Source of the DNA: Gonapodya sp. JEL0774
Lineage: Eukaryota
Assembly: GCA_027604505.1 (NCBI GenBank)
Contig: JADIIX010000023.1
Coordinates: forward strand, 182,114-202,113
DNA: 20,000 nucleotides
Direction of reading: 5' to 3'
Shown: in pieces, positions 10,401-20,000 of the stretch
Layout of the letters: every line of letters begins with the position of its first letter
How positions within the stretch are numbered: the first letter of the stretch is position 1
Made by a program: the position numbers and the translations under genes
Notes under the pieces: generated by a model
Seen by the model: only the letters and a program-made list of their open reading frames with translations
Databases searched by the model: none
What the model was told of the DNA's origin: nothing

Positions 10401-10946
10401 CTGGTTTCACTACCCAGTTGACTGTGGTGAAACCAACATGGGCAATGAAGACATCGCGAGATATTCCGGTAGTTTCTGGAAATTCGGTAGCTGCAGCCGC
10501 AGAGGGTGACGGTACTGGAGGATTGGACATGCTTGGCCAGAAGAGCAAGCCACCCCGAGTGACCCGTGGACCGAGAATTGTAATTTTTATAGTTGGGGGG
10601 ATGACCATGGGTGAGGTTCGATGTGCGGAGGAAGTCGGGGCCAAAATGGCTCGAGAAATTGTGCTTGGTAAGTTGACAAGCGGAAGCGTGACTCGTGATC
10701 GAACTTCGTATTTCACGTGTTTTCTTTCCAGGATCGACGCACATTCTGTCTCCTGCTCAATTTATTGACTCTCTCAAACCAATCAACACGAATGCTAATC
10801 CGACACCGCACCAGAACCCAATGATTACTCCTTCATCAAGTTCGGGTGGACTTTCAAACGTATCTCATCTGCAAGCACCTTTGCGGAGATCGGGCACAGG
10901 GGCAAGAATGAAGACTATGTCCCGGCAGATCCAAAAACTTAGATGA
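7476..10946 (+). CDS. SEC1: Sec1/Munc18 (SM) family protein, divergent paralog B (~818 aa, 10 exons)
   Basis: Exons 7476(or 7491)-7569, 7737-7868, 8108-8260, 8390-8598, 8707-9065, 9161-9269, 9335-9435, 9521-9829, 9892-10667, 10732-10946 total 2457 nt, open. Motifs: IIDDMVRAVQPPGKWKLLVVD, CAKMSDVLEENVT, ERKRQPYPNMDAIYF, DRSID..LLHDFCYQ, LPKY..HISL, RIVIFIVGGMTMGEVR, GSTHILSP. Confidence 0.9.
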
Positions 10947-11547
10947 GGATGTCGCACTGTTGAAATTATTATTAGTCAGATAATGTAATATTATTACTCT
11001 GGATGCCATTGCTGACACCCTGTCCATGCTTCTCATACTTCTTCACAATCTTCATTCCCCTACATGGCCCCGCGAAACTGACGATCAATTCAGTCCTTCG
11101 TTGGGACCGATCTAAAGTAGTAGTATTCTTTGCAAGACCTGATCATTGCAAGGCTTCATAAGGATGAGCTCAGCAAATTGACAGGCACACTGTCACCTCT
11201 TCGCACGGTTTTTGCCGCTCTGTGACCTATGAGCATCCGCGCGGATTCATTCTCTCTTAGCTTTTGCGATTTTGGCCCTACAAACTAACCCAGCAGTCGA
11301 ATCTCCAGGTCTACGACTGGGACCACTCACAAGGTACATCTGAAAGGCACCTCGTACTGCAACAGAGATAAGGAGGTCGAGCTCATCATTAAGAAGGGGC
11401 AAAACACCTTCTTCGATATTTCACAGTGCGGCAGTGGAGACTCTAGTTTCGGCACGTGTTCAAAGAGACTATTCTCTTGCCCGAGGCTAAACAGACCTGG
11501 GGCAAGATACGTCCCTCAGTGCTTCTACACCAGTTCAATCGCTCATC

Positions 11548-14546
11548 ATGGACAACCAGCAGTCTCTCATCACCACTGACACTACCATCCACACCGATCA
11601 CAAACAACCGCAAGTCCCCGGTGCTTTTCCTAATAACTCCGGCACCACTCCGTCCGGTATCTCTCCGGTAACAGATCCAAGAACACTTCCTTTGTCGAGA
11701 GATGACGAAGGATTTGAGATCGTGGAGCAAGGGGATGTGCCCAAAGATCAAGTGATCGACTCCGACTATTATGGTGTGGTGAGGAGCAACACGCTGGAGA
11801 GGGCGGACAGGGATATTATGACAAAAGTGAGACTCAAAATTGACAGTTTTGTGAGCCCCACATCACGTGAAATTGGCCTTTTAAGACTGAAACTCCCCAA
11901 TTGAACCCAAACCAGCTCGAACACCTTGACGCACTTGCCGGCCCCGTCTCGCAGCTTCCAATCGGTCCTAAAGGCTACAGTGAACGATCTTTATCGGCGA
12001 CAGAGCGTCCTGCTGAGGCTTCCACATCAACTCTCGCAGGACCTGAAGTACCCGCACCTCAACTTGCTACCGCGAAGGTTGTGGAGACAGAATCCAAACG
12101 AGGGGACTCCGTAGGTCGACCTTTTGTCACCATTCAACATGAGAAAGTTGCCACAACAGAGGCTGCTGCCGCTACTGCACTGCACACGGGCGCGTCACCT
12201 CCGCCAATAGAACCTCTTTCCGTTGAGCCCCTTCTTGTGCCAGATCGTTCTGAAAGTCTCCTCCAGCGTGAGCTATCCCGTACAAAAGAACAAGTGGCAC
12301 GCTTGCGCCTCGATCTTGGACAAGCACGATCTTTGATCGCCACTTTATCCGCGGCAAGGGACGATTTTGTGCGAGAACGAGTTAAGATGGTAAGGGAGAA
12401 CGAGGCCTTGGCGGGACGACTGGTTAGGGCCGAGAAGTCGGCAGAGGCTGCAGAGGATTTGACAATTGAGAGGGATGAATACGCAAGGGAGTTGGGCGTG
12501 ATGCGAGAGGGATTCTCCGAGGACACGCTAAGACAGAGAGTGGAAGAACTTGAACAAGAGAATGGAAAGTTGGTCAGCCAGGTGCGGGACCTCGAGTACC
12601 GTTTATCGAATGCAACGGAAGTGCTAGCTCATCAAGAAACTGGAACAGAGGAAGCCACCGCCAGAACTACAGCTTATCACACTGGTGACGACAATCCCCA
12701 GGCCATTATTGACTCACTATCCGAACGCATTCAAAAGCTGGACAACGAGCGCTCTGGCCTATTCAAGATCGTACAAGAACAAGATCATGAGCTTGATTCG
12801 ATCCGAACAGAAATTTCCGAGGCTGTCAGAAAGTATGACGAGCTTGCTGCAGTAATTGGTGGGCCGGTGGACACGTTGGGAAGGAAGAGAGGCGATCTCG
12901 GTAAGGTCGAGAGGAAAGAAGATCAACTTGTGAAAGACTTCGCAGATTTGGCCGAGAGGGTAAGTTTTCATTATTCATGGCGCGAAACTCAAACACCATG
13001 CATGATTCTACCGTCTCACACACTCTGTACTCAGGCACAGGCCGAGGAACGCGCTGCTGCTCGCAAAATCGATCAGCTTACGATTCGTTTGGATGCGTTT
13101 GCGTCTAAAACCGCTGCTATCGACGGAATGAGATCCCGTGCGTGCAGAAATTTAACTGTTTCCAATAACTGGTTTGAGTCAAGAAAACTTTACCCATCAG
13201 AGATATCCCGACTCGAGCGCGAGATCGAAGCACTGCAACGTGAAGTTTCTTCAAAGACAAGAGCACAACGCTCACTGCACGAGGAGCTCATGGATAGGGA
13301 TCGAACGCTCGTTCAGGTTCAGTTCAGTTTCGGGAGTGCTGGCCTCTGGAACTTTCAAATGACTCTGACTTTTCGCACAGGCTGAACGTGAAAATGCCGA
13401 ACAGGGTAGACGTAGACAAACTCTTGTGTTGAGGATTGAAGGTATGTGTGTATTTTCCTGTGTTCCCGTGCTCTCCCCTAACGTTATTTTTCTCACCTCT
13501 CAAAGAACTCATCTACGAGCGAGACGGCCTTGCTCGCCATCTCGAAGAGAAAACGGATGAGGCGCTCTACCTTCGCCGTCTGGTGGAGGATCAGCGTGCG
13601 GAGACTGAGAGATTTTTGGTCGACGTCACAAAGAAATCAAGCGAGACTCAAAGGGGTTTAAATAGGCTCACCACGTTTATCTCAGTGAGTGGGATGGAGA
13701 ATGCTACTTTGTCTCTTTCGAGCTGGCAAAACCTCAGAATCCTAGGCTCTCCCAAGCAACTACCCCCCTCCACCACCACGACCAGCCCCAAGAGGTCTCA
13801 TTATGGCAGCATCAAGCACTGTAGCTGATTTCCCGCAAGAGGATAGGGGCAGTCGAGATAGGGAGTCTGAAATGAAACCGTCAGCCTCCATAGATTTGCC
13901 AAGAATGGCATACCGTCCAAGATCGCCATTTCACGAGCGCGACATCAACAGATCACCAAAATCGGAGGGCCGACATCAGAGTAAACGGGAGGCTCCTGTG
14001 CAGGTGGAGACATCTCGGCGGTACCCTACGTCTCACACGTTTGATGTTGCACCGGCGCCAGTCGGGGGCAGTGGTGAAGATGGGGAGAAGGATTACAGGT
14101 ACCGATCGCCTCGTGGATCCGAATATGGGAGGAAGGGAATGGAGCAGCGCGAATCTCGTGAAAAGGACAGGGAGGAGTCTAGGATGAAGGGGGATCGAGA
14201 ACTCGGCAGATGGGAACCTCTAATTAAGCACGATATGGGGCGGCAGAAGGAAGTACCTCTCGGACGAGGGAGGGAAGTTCGTAACTGGGAGGATCGTCCA
14301 ATGAAGGACAGGTACTATAAGCTTCAAGAGTCTCCGCGGTACAAAGACGCTTCGGAGGATCAAGAAAGAGACTTGTACTCATCCAGTGAACACAACAACA
14401 GGGGGATCAGGAGAAGCAACAAGGTGAATGCAAAAGGGCAGGCTGATGCATTGAGGCAAGCCGGCCCACAAACCGTGAAAGAGGAAGGATTAGCGTTCGA
14501 TGAATTTGGGATTGAGCAAGAGATGAAGAGCAACCCAGTGATGTGA
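11548..14546 (+). CDS. Uncharacterised long coiled-coil protein (~860 aa) with disordered N-terminus and charged R/E/S/D-rich C-terminus
   Basis: Exons 11548-11826, 11916-12959, 13035-13137, 13201-13316, 13381-13441, 13506-13684, 13746-14546 total 2583 nt in one frame with GT-AG junctions. Long heptad-rich stretches (LQRELSRTKEQVARLRLDL; LRQRVEELEQENGKLVSQVRDLEYRL; ISRLEREIEALQREV). No family recognised. Confidence 0.8.
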
Positions 14547-14770
14547 AACCGAGACAAACAGCAAAAGTACTCTTTTGTGACGGCTTTCCAGCCTCATTTG
14601 CAAAACTGTTCAAAATGCATTTAAATATACAATTCAATACAAGATCTACGGAGCAGTGGTGAGAGGCTTAACTGATGCATTCTGTGTTTGGTTTCAGGTA
14701 TTTTCACATAGGCCCTATTGGCAGTGGCAATAGGATTGGGGATTAGTGCTTCTTCAGTGCATCCAACTTT

Positions 14771-15729
14771 TCAAAGATCAGTCGCAATCTTCGGCAGAGG
14801 AAGTTAGTCAAAGCAACCGCACAAGGTCTGCTCAATTCCAGCACAGCAATTTACATCGCTTTCTTCCAATTGGGAAGCCACATCGCCAGGCAGATCAATA
14901 TCAATCACAAAATCGTCTGTCGGCAAGCAGCGAGGCATCGTTGTCTGCCCTGATTGCTCTTCGACTTTTAATCGCCACGCCATGTTTTCCGCTAATAGAC
15001 TGGCGATCACGAGCCACAGACAGCTGGCGCCAAAGTCTGATCCAGTGCTCGTTCTCCATCAGTGAAAGAGTCACTCCTTGATAAATAAGTAGCGTCTCTG
15101 ACGTGCACATCCGCGATTTGATTGAGGGAATCAGAGGAGGAAGAGAACGTAGGAGTTGATAAGGTGGGTCGGTGAAAATAGCAGATCCATTTGAAAGCAA
15201 CATCACCGATGTGCTATCGGTCCAAATGAATTGTGGACCAGTGGGCCGTCAGGTGACCAAGATGGGGAATATCGCGAAACGCAATAATCGCATTCACAGC
15301 AAAAACATCCTATACGACAGTACCGATAACATGCATTTCGCGTGCTACACTATGCTTTCTTGAGCAACAGTTTTTGCTGCATAAATGGTATCAAGGAGCC
15401 CATTGATTATTTGATCAAACCCCGGTAGTGTTCATTTCGAGATACCTCAACTGACCCCTTGCTTGTAGTCTTCAATTTGCTCTTCTTTGGGGTAAGGTAA
15501 TCTGTGGGAACTCATCATAATGAGCTGTTATTTTTTTCCCATTTTTGAAGTGGCACCATTGAATCAGAAACTACTCACATAGGCTCACGGCTATGCCGAC
15601 CTCAATCAGCAAAATACTTCCAACAACGGAAGATATCCAGGATCACCCCATCCGCAGTTTGCTGCGCGTGGCAGAAGTTCTGTCTCTTTCCGAGAAGGCG
15701 AGACTATGAGCAACACACGCCCACGACAT
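14771..15729 (-). pseudogene. Possible decayed (or recoded) multi-exon gene for a small single-TM protein
   Basis: ATG 15729 in good context (CAACAACAATG). Intron 15502..15578 (GTGAGT...TTCCCACAG) joins WISSVVGSILLIEVGIAVSL to YYLTPKKSKLKTTSKG. An in-frame TGA at 15645-15643 precedes the TM. A second intron-like segment 14789..14854 has a GACTAAC branch site. Intervening frames are broken. Confidence 0.3.
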
Positions 15730-16244
15730 TGTTGTTGATTCGGATAACTAAGTTCTACGACTGTGTTTTTTGCCCAAATTCTTTGCCGGACGGCTCAGGT
15801 TTTCAAGTTGTGTGGAGAAATGTGAAAGAACGACCGTTCCATAGAAAAATTGCAGAAAAGCAGCGACCAGGTGCAGTCAAGATCGGAAGGGTACAGTGAA
15901 CTTTCCCGTGCTCAGAGCCTGAGTGTCAGCGATGTACAGCGAAGAGACGAGATGGCTTGTCCAGACACCTGTTGAACCCCTTCTTCAATCCCTCAGAGCT
16001 GATACGTCATCAGTCCTCCATCTCCTTTCAAATTAATCACAGAGGGCTGCGGAGGGACATCCCTCAGAATTGGCCCTCCATTTTGATAGTGTATTTTTAC
16101 ACTATCATCATGAATCATGTTGGGCACGATTTTCAACAGGCAGAACTATTAGATACAAAAGGTCAACGTGAAATGTCGAATTCCGCGCAACCTTCATCAA
16201 ACGCTCGGGCCTCGGAAGAAATTGGCAGGGTCTGCGTCCATCAA

Positions 16245-16271
16245 CCTTCGGAGCCTTCGGAGCCTTCGGAG
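16245..16271 (+). repeat. Perfect 9-nt tandem repeat (CCTTCGGAG)x3
   Basis: Seen directly at 16245-16253, 16254-16262, 16263-16271, about 200 bp upstream of ATG 16474. Confidence 0.9.
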
Positions 16272-16473
16272 AAGATTTGACTACTACTTGCGATAGCTTT
16301 GAAAAACAATAATGATCTCTTTGTAAACGGAGAATTCCATGGTCCCCCACTTGCTTGGTCTCGGGAACAGAATTTTTATCTGGCACTAAGGGCTGTGAGC
16401 GAGGCGGTGCGGTTGGATAGTTGGATATGAGGATATGGGAAGCCCGCCCCAATCATCACTATCACGCCCAACG

Positions 16474-18443
16474 ATGGCACAAACTGCTCAACTCACCCGT
16501 ATTCTTGTAGGCTTGACAACAACCTTGGTTGTTTTCTCGGCGCTGGCCGCTGCGCAGGATACTCCAACCTTTCCATCGAGGTGAGCAATTCTCAGGAACT
16601 CAGACCAAGGTGGACGAGAATCAGAAAATGCTCGAGAAGGGAGTAGCAAAAGCATCAGATGCGGAGATTTCCTTGCGTATACGGCCTCTCCCCAAATCTT
16701 CGTCTCGATGTCTCATTAATACAACCTCGCATCTCAATCTCATCTCACCATACAGTACTCCAGTTGTTCCAACCACCGGTGACAGTAAGTTGCCGTACAT
16801 TGTTGTTCTATGAAGAATTTCTTGGATCATCATATCGCCTTATACTCGAATTTTAGTCAACAATGCCGTTTCAAAGTTCAACCCTTGTGAGTACTTGCAC
16901 TCATGTGATATGAGTGCTGGAAAAGGACGTTGGATGTACTTGCGTGATATGAGTGCTGGAGAAGGACCGTGAATGCATGGACGGAAAAACAGTTGCCCGG
17001 GGAGCACTTGCCACCATCACAGGTCGCACGGACACGGGTCGTTTGCTATTGTTGTCAAATCCCTTTATCTCCCACTGTCGATGCGCGTTTTTTAACCACT
17101 CATTTCCTTCCATCAGTCTCTTCTACCTCGGGCTTCACTGTCCCGTCCGTGGTCGGTGCTGTGCTCAACATTGTTATTGGTACATTGTTTACTTTCTTTG
17201 GAAGTGAGTACCTTGTTCTGGTCCTGCGAGTTCCCACTGCTTTGTTTAACAAAGCTTTCGTACGCTTTCAAAGTTAAACTGTTCCGCACGGTGCTGTTCC
17301 TTGGTAAGAGGGCTCGTCTCGGATATCTCTCGACTCTGGAACTTACACGGCTCTGCTCATATTCATTTCTTAATCGAAGGCGGTGCCCTCTTTGGAGGCT
17401 ACTTGGCCTTCGTCCTCTTGACAAACTTTGAACCCGATGGTGGCTACCAGCTCGCCATATCACGTGAAGCATTCTATGGTATGTGGTTCCCCGCTTGTCT
17501 TTGAAGACCTGTGACATTTATACTATTCGATTATCGTCTTCGGCATCTCCGACTTATAGGCATCATTGTGATTATTTCCGGACTAGTTGGCGGAGCACTG
17601 TCTGTCGCCCTCTGGCGCCTGGGTTTGTTCCTTCTCGGTGCCATCTCTGGGTTCGTTCTGGCAATCTTTTTGCAGAGTCTCAAGCCAGGGGTAAGTTTCA
17701 CATTCACAACAAAAGTTGAAGTAACAGTTCGGTGTACGGTGTAGTTGTACGGCGTGCGCGTCGGACGTTTACGAAAGAGTTCTGCGTTTTCTGACTTAAA
17801 ACTCCCTTGAACAGGGCCTTATTACGAACCAGGTTGGATTTTGGGTCATGGTGGGAATTCTCACCCTAGCGGGAGGCTTGCTGGGTTCGTAATTGATCTG
17901 CCTTTTCCGGCATTCATTCACCTTCTGACCATACTCATCCTTTGCAGCTCACTTCCTCGAAAACCCCATCATCATTGGCTCCACAGCCGTCTCTGGGTCC
18001 TACTCGCTCTTTTCGGGCATTGACGTTTTTGCAAAGACTGGCTTTGGTAGTTTGCTTTCCGGGTTTGTCAACAACGGGATCAGCAACTCAGCCTATGTGA
18101 TGGACACAAAGCTTATTTTGATGGTGCGTGAGACCGTGTACAGATATTGTGGATGCAAGTTTTGAAATCCTTTCTCATCCAAAACAATGAATTTCAGATT
18201 GTGGGCTTCGCCGTGGTCGCCTTGATTGGCATCCTAGTGCAATGGTACACGCACGACAAGGAGCATCACGGAGTTGGCTCCATGCGCAACAACAAGCGGC
18301 CGCATTACGGTGAGCTGAGGGAAAGTGGCGTTAGGTAGTAGGAGATTGGATATTGCAACGGAGTTCTCATTTGTGCGTTCTTCGCTTCATTCATAGGTTA
18401 TGCTCCGGTTGCACACGATCCGAAGGTTGTCATTGTCCGCTAA
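16474..18443 (+). CDS. Multi-pass membrane protein with signal peptide, TM7S3/TMEM198-like (DUF4203) family (~305 aa, 11 exons)
   Basis: Exons 16474-16580, 16756-16784, 16857-16886, 17117-17203, 17274-17303, 17380-17478, 17560-17690, 17815-17884, 17948-18123, 18198-18309, 18397-18443 total 918 nt, open. Signal peptide MAQTAQLTRILVGLTTTLVVFSALAAAQ. Family-like segments GTLFTFFGIKLFRTVLFLGG, GLFLLGAISGF, STAVSGSYSLFSGIDVFAKTGF, IGILVQ. Retaining the last intron would end the CDS at 18338. Confidence 0.85.
16891..16967 (+). repeat. Intronic tandem duplication (24-nt core, 39-nt period)
   Basis: GTGATATGAGTGCTGGA(A/G)AAGGAC at 16905-16928 and 16944-16967 (23/24 identical). GTACTTGC occurs at 16891 and 16936. 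Confidence 0.85.
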
Positions 18444-19323
18444 GAGTGTTGTGGAAGAGAGTTTGGGCTGTTTGTTGCTGTGCTTTCGAAGTTCCGTCTT
18501 CCGCGGAACTGTGTCAAATAATGTCGGTGTAAATTTTAGAGTTGCAAATTTCATTTCGATCTATATGTCCGTTGGATTGAAATCATGGGCTACGTTTCCT
18601 GATAAAATTAGGTTGAAACGATATGAGGGGATGTTCTTTGTACCGCTAACAGATAACTGAAACGAAACACTGGAGGCACCTTACAATGCTATACTACATA
18701 GGATGACAACCAACAGCATTCAGCGGTCAGGACCGTCATGATCAGTGCAGTAAAGGTCCAGCGATCGCCATCATCAAACTAGTTGCTTTGACTGAAGTTA
18801 CGTAGGCAAGCTCCATACGAGAGAGGGAGGGAGACTAAAATGGGAGAAACAAGTACGTCGGATATGCCTACGTTCACATTAATCCACTCGCAGATGCACA
18901 TGCTACCCTCAATGAGAGAGTGATGCGTCCCCGCAACGGTGATCACACCAATGTATCAATCACAGAACAGTCTTCGTTCGCTAGAATAATCATATTATGC
19001 TGAGATTGATCTGCTGCAACATAACTATTGACAGACGACTGAGTAACGTGGGCCGATCGAGTCACACGCATCCCAGGCGGACTACCAAAACTTAATTACA
19101 GCAAGGTGCTTTCGAAACCGTGAATTGTTTCCAAACTACTTGAAGATTATCAAAATCGCTGTTTTTCGAATCTCTACAAGCCAGGACTTCTGGTCCCCTA
19201 TGAACATCTCTATAGATTACAATCTTTATCGATTATAATGTTAAGGATATGGACCGATGTCCATTCCTTCTGTATAATTATTCACATCTGTCAAAAAGGG
19301 TTCAATTGGGGGGAGAAAGTCTT

Positions 19324-20000
19324 TCAAACAGACTCGTTGAGCGCGATAGCTGGAAGACGAAGTAAAAGTCGTGTTAAAACCACTCGTTAATACACACTAA
19401 ACAGCCCTCTCAAATACTCACTCTCGGGCTCCGATTTCTTGCCGGCGGAGATGGGCTTCTCAACGCCGAAGATCTCGTCCATCTGCTCAAGCGAGTGGCC
19501 ACGAGTCTCCGGAACAAAGAGGTACACGTAGGCGGCCATAACAAGACCGGTGCAGCCGAAAACAATGTACTGGTAGGCACCGAGGGTCTGGGCGTAGGCT
19601 AAGAAGAAGAGCAGTGAATGGATTTCACGTGAGCGACGGCGACACCAAGGTCAACAACGGCTTGGTTACTCACGCCAAACTTTGCCGAGGATCAGGTTGT
19701 TGATCCAGTTGGACATGGTGGCGAGACCGGCACCCTTGCCACGAATGCGGAGCGGGAAGATCTCAGACTGGTACACCCACACAACGGGGCCCCACGTGGC
19801 GGAGACTGGTTGCCACAAGAGAGATACGGCCGCGATCAGACCCGAACAGGCTATGAGATCGTCAAAGCATACCGCAAAAGAAACTCACAGTTGATGACAT
19901 AGAGGTACATGAAGATGGCGCCAATGATACCAAAGGTCTTCCCCGACGACGACGAGGGGTCCGCGATCAGGGTCCCCGGGTTCAAGGGGTCGTCGATCTG
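19324..20000 (-). CDS. MFS sugar porter (hexose transporter family), 3' part; 5' end lies outside the window
   Basis: Exons >20000-19889, 19805-19674, 19598-19422, 19349-19324 give ...FSATWGPVVWVYQSEIFPLRIRGKGAGLATMSNWINN...YLFVPETRGHSLEQMDEIFG...NESV*, with classic WGP..W...SEIFP, NW and PETKG-type motifs. Strong C/G-ending codon bias. Confidence 0.93.

Noticed and set aside
10081..10716. 211-aa minus-strand ORF (likewise 4799..5227 and 12134..12526)
   Set aside because: Antisense to well-supported coding exons, with no independent motifs.
7491..10946. Sec1B as a pseudogene or assembly duplicate of Sec1A
   Set aside because: The spliced frame is fully open and the nucleotide sequences are far too divergent for an allelic or assembly artefact.
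11290..11580. ATG-less ~90-codon plus-strand frame and a short minus-strand peptide with a GTGAGT donor
   Set aside because: Could not be assembled into a gene with start, phase-consistent splicing and recognisable content; probably promoter/UTR.
15975..16020. CTGATGA on the minus strand (hammerhead ribozyme core)
   Set aside because: No stem II followed by GAAA; the CTGAT is itself paired in a hairpin.
16891..16967. 24-nt direct repeats as a CRISPR-like array
   Set aside because: Only two copies with a 15-nt gap, intronic, eukaryotic context, no cas genes.
18800..18873. 9-bp inverted repeat ACGTAGGCA/TGCCTACGT as MITE ends
   Set aside because: Too short, no target-site duplication, compatible with chance.
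18995..19020. GCTGAGATT-GATCTG resembling a fungal TPP aptamer
   Set aside because: No P4/P5 TAAT loop or GCG junction, and the spacing is collapsed.
19318..19334. AGTCT-TTCAAAC-AGACT anticodon-arm-like hairpin
   Set aside because: No T-arm (GTTCRA) or acceptor stem, and it overlaps the transporter stop codon.

Overview
Compact, intron-rich eukaryotic DNA (GT-AG introns mostly 55-200 nt, CTRAY-type branch sites). The gene content points to a fungus, probably an early-diverging lineage (inference). Spliced by hand, the window holds seven convincing genes: (1) the 3' part of a type I membrane protein with a Ser/Thr stalk; (2) a Sec1/Munc18 gene (2286-5873); (3) a GCN4/ATF-like bZIP factor on the minus strand; (4) a second, more divergent Sec1/Munc18 gene (7476-10946); (5) a ~860-aa coiled-coil protein; (6) a signal-peptide TM7S3/TMEM198 (DUF4203)-like membrane protein with micro-exons; (7) the 3' end of an MFS sugar porter. 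The most notable feature is the near-tandem pair of intact Sec1 paralogs. They share 8 of 9 intron positions and flank the bZIP gene, which is head-to-head with the divergent copy across about 200 bp. Secondary leads are a possible intron/uORF switch in the bZIP gene, structured long second introns in both Sec1 genes, a spliced minus-strand TM fragment with an in-frame TGA, and a hairpin cluster at 15.9-16.3 kb. No CRISPR array, rRNA, tRNA or transposase was seen, and nothing here is proven to be a novel system.
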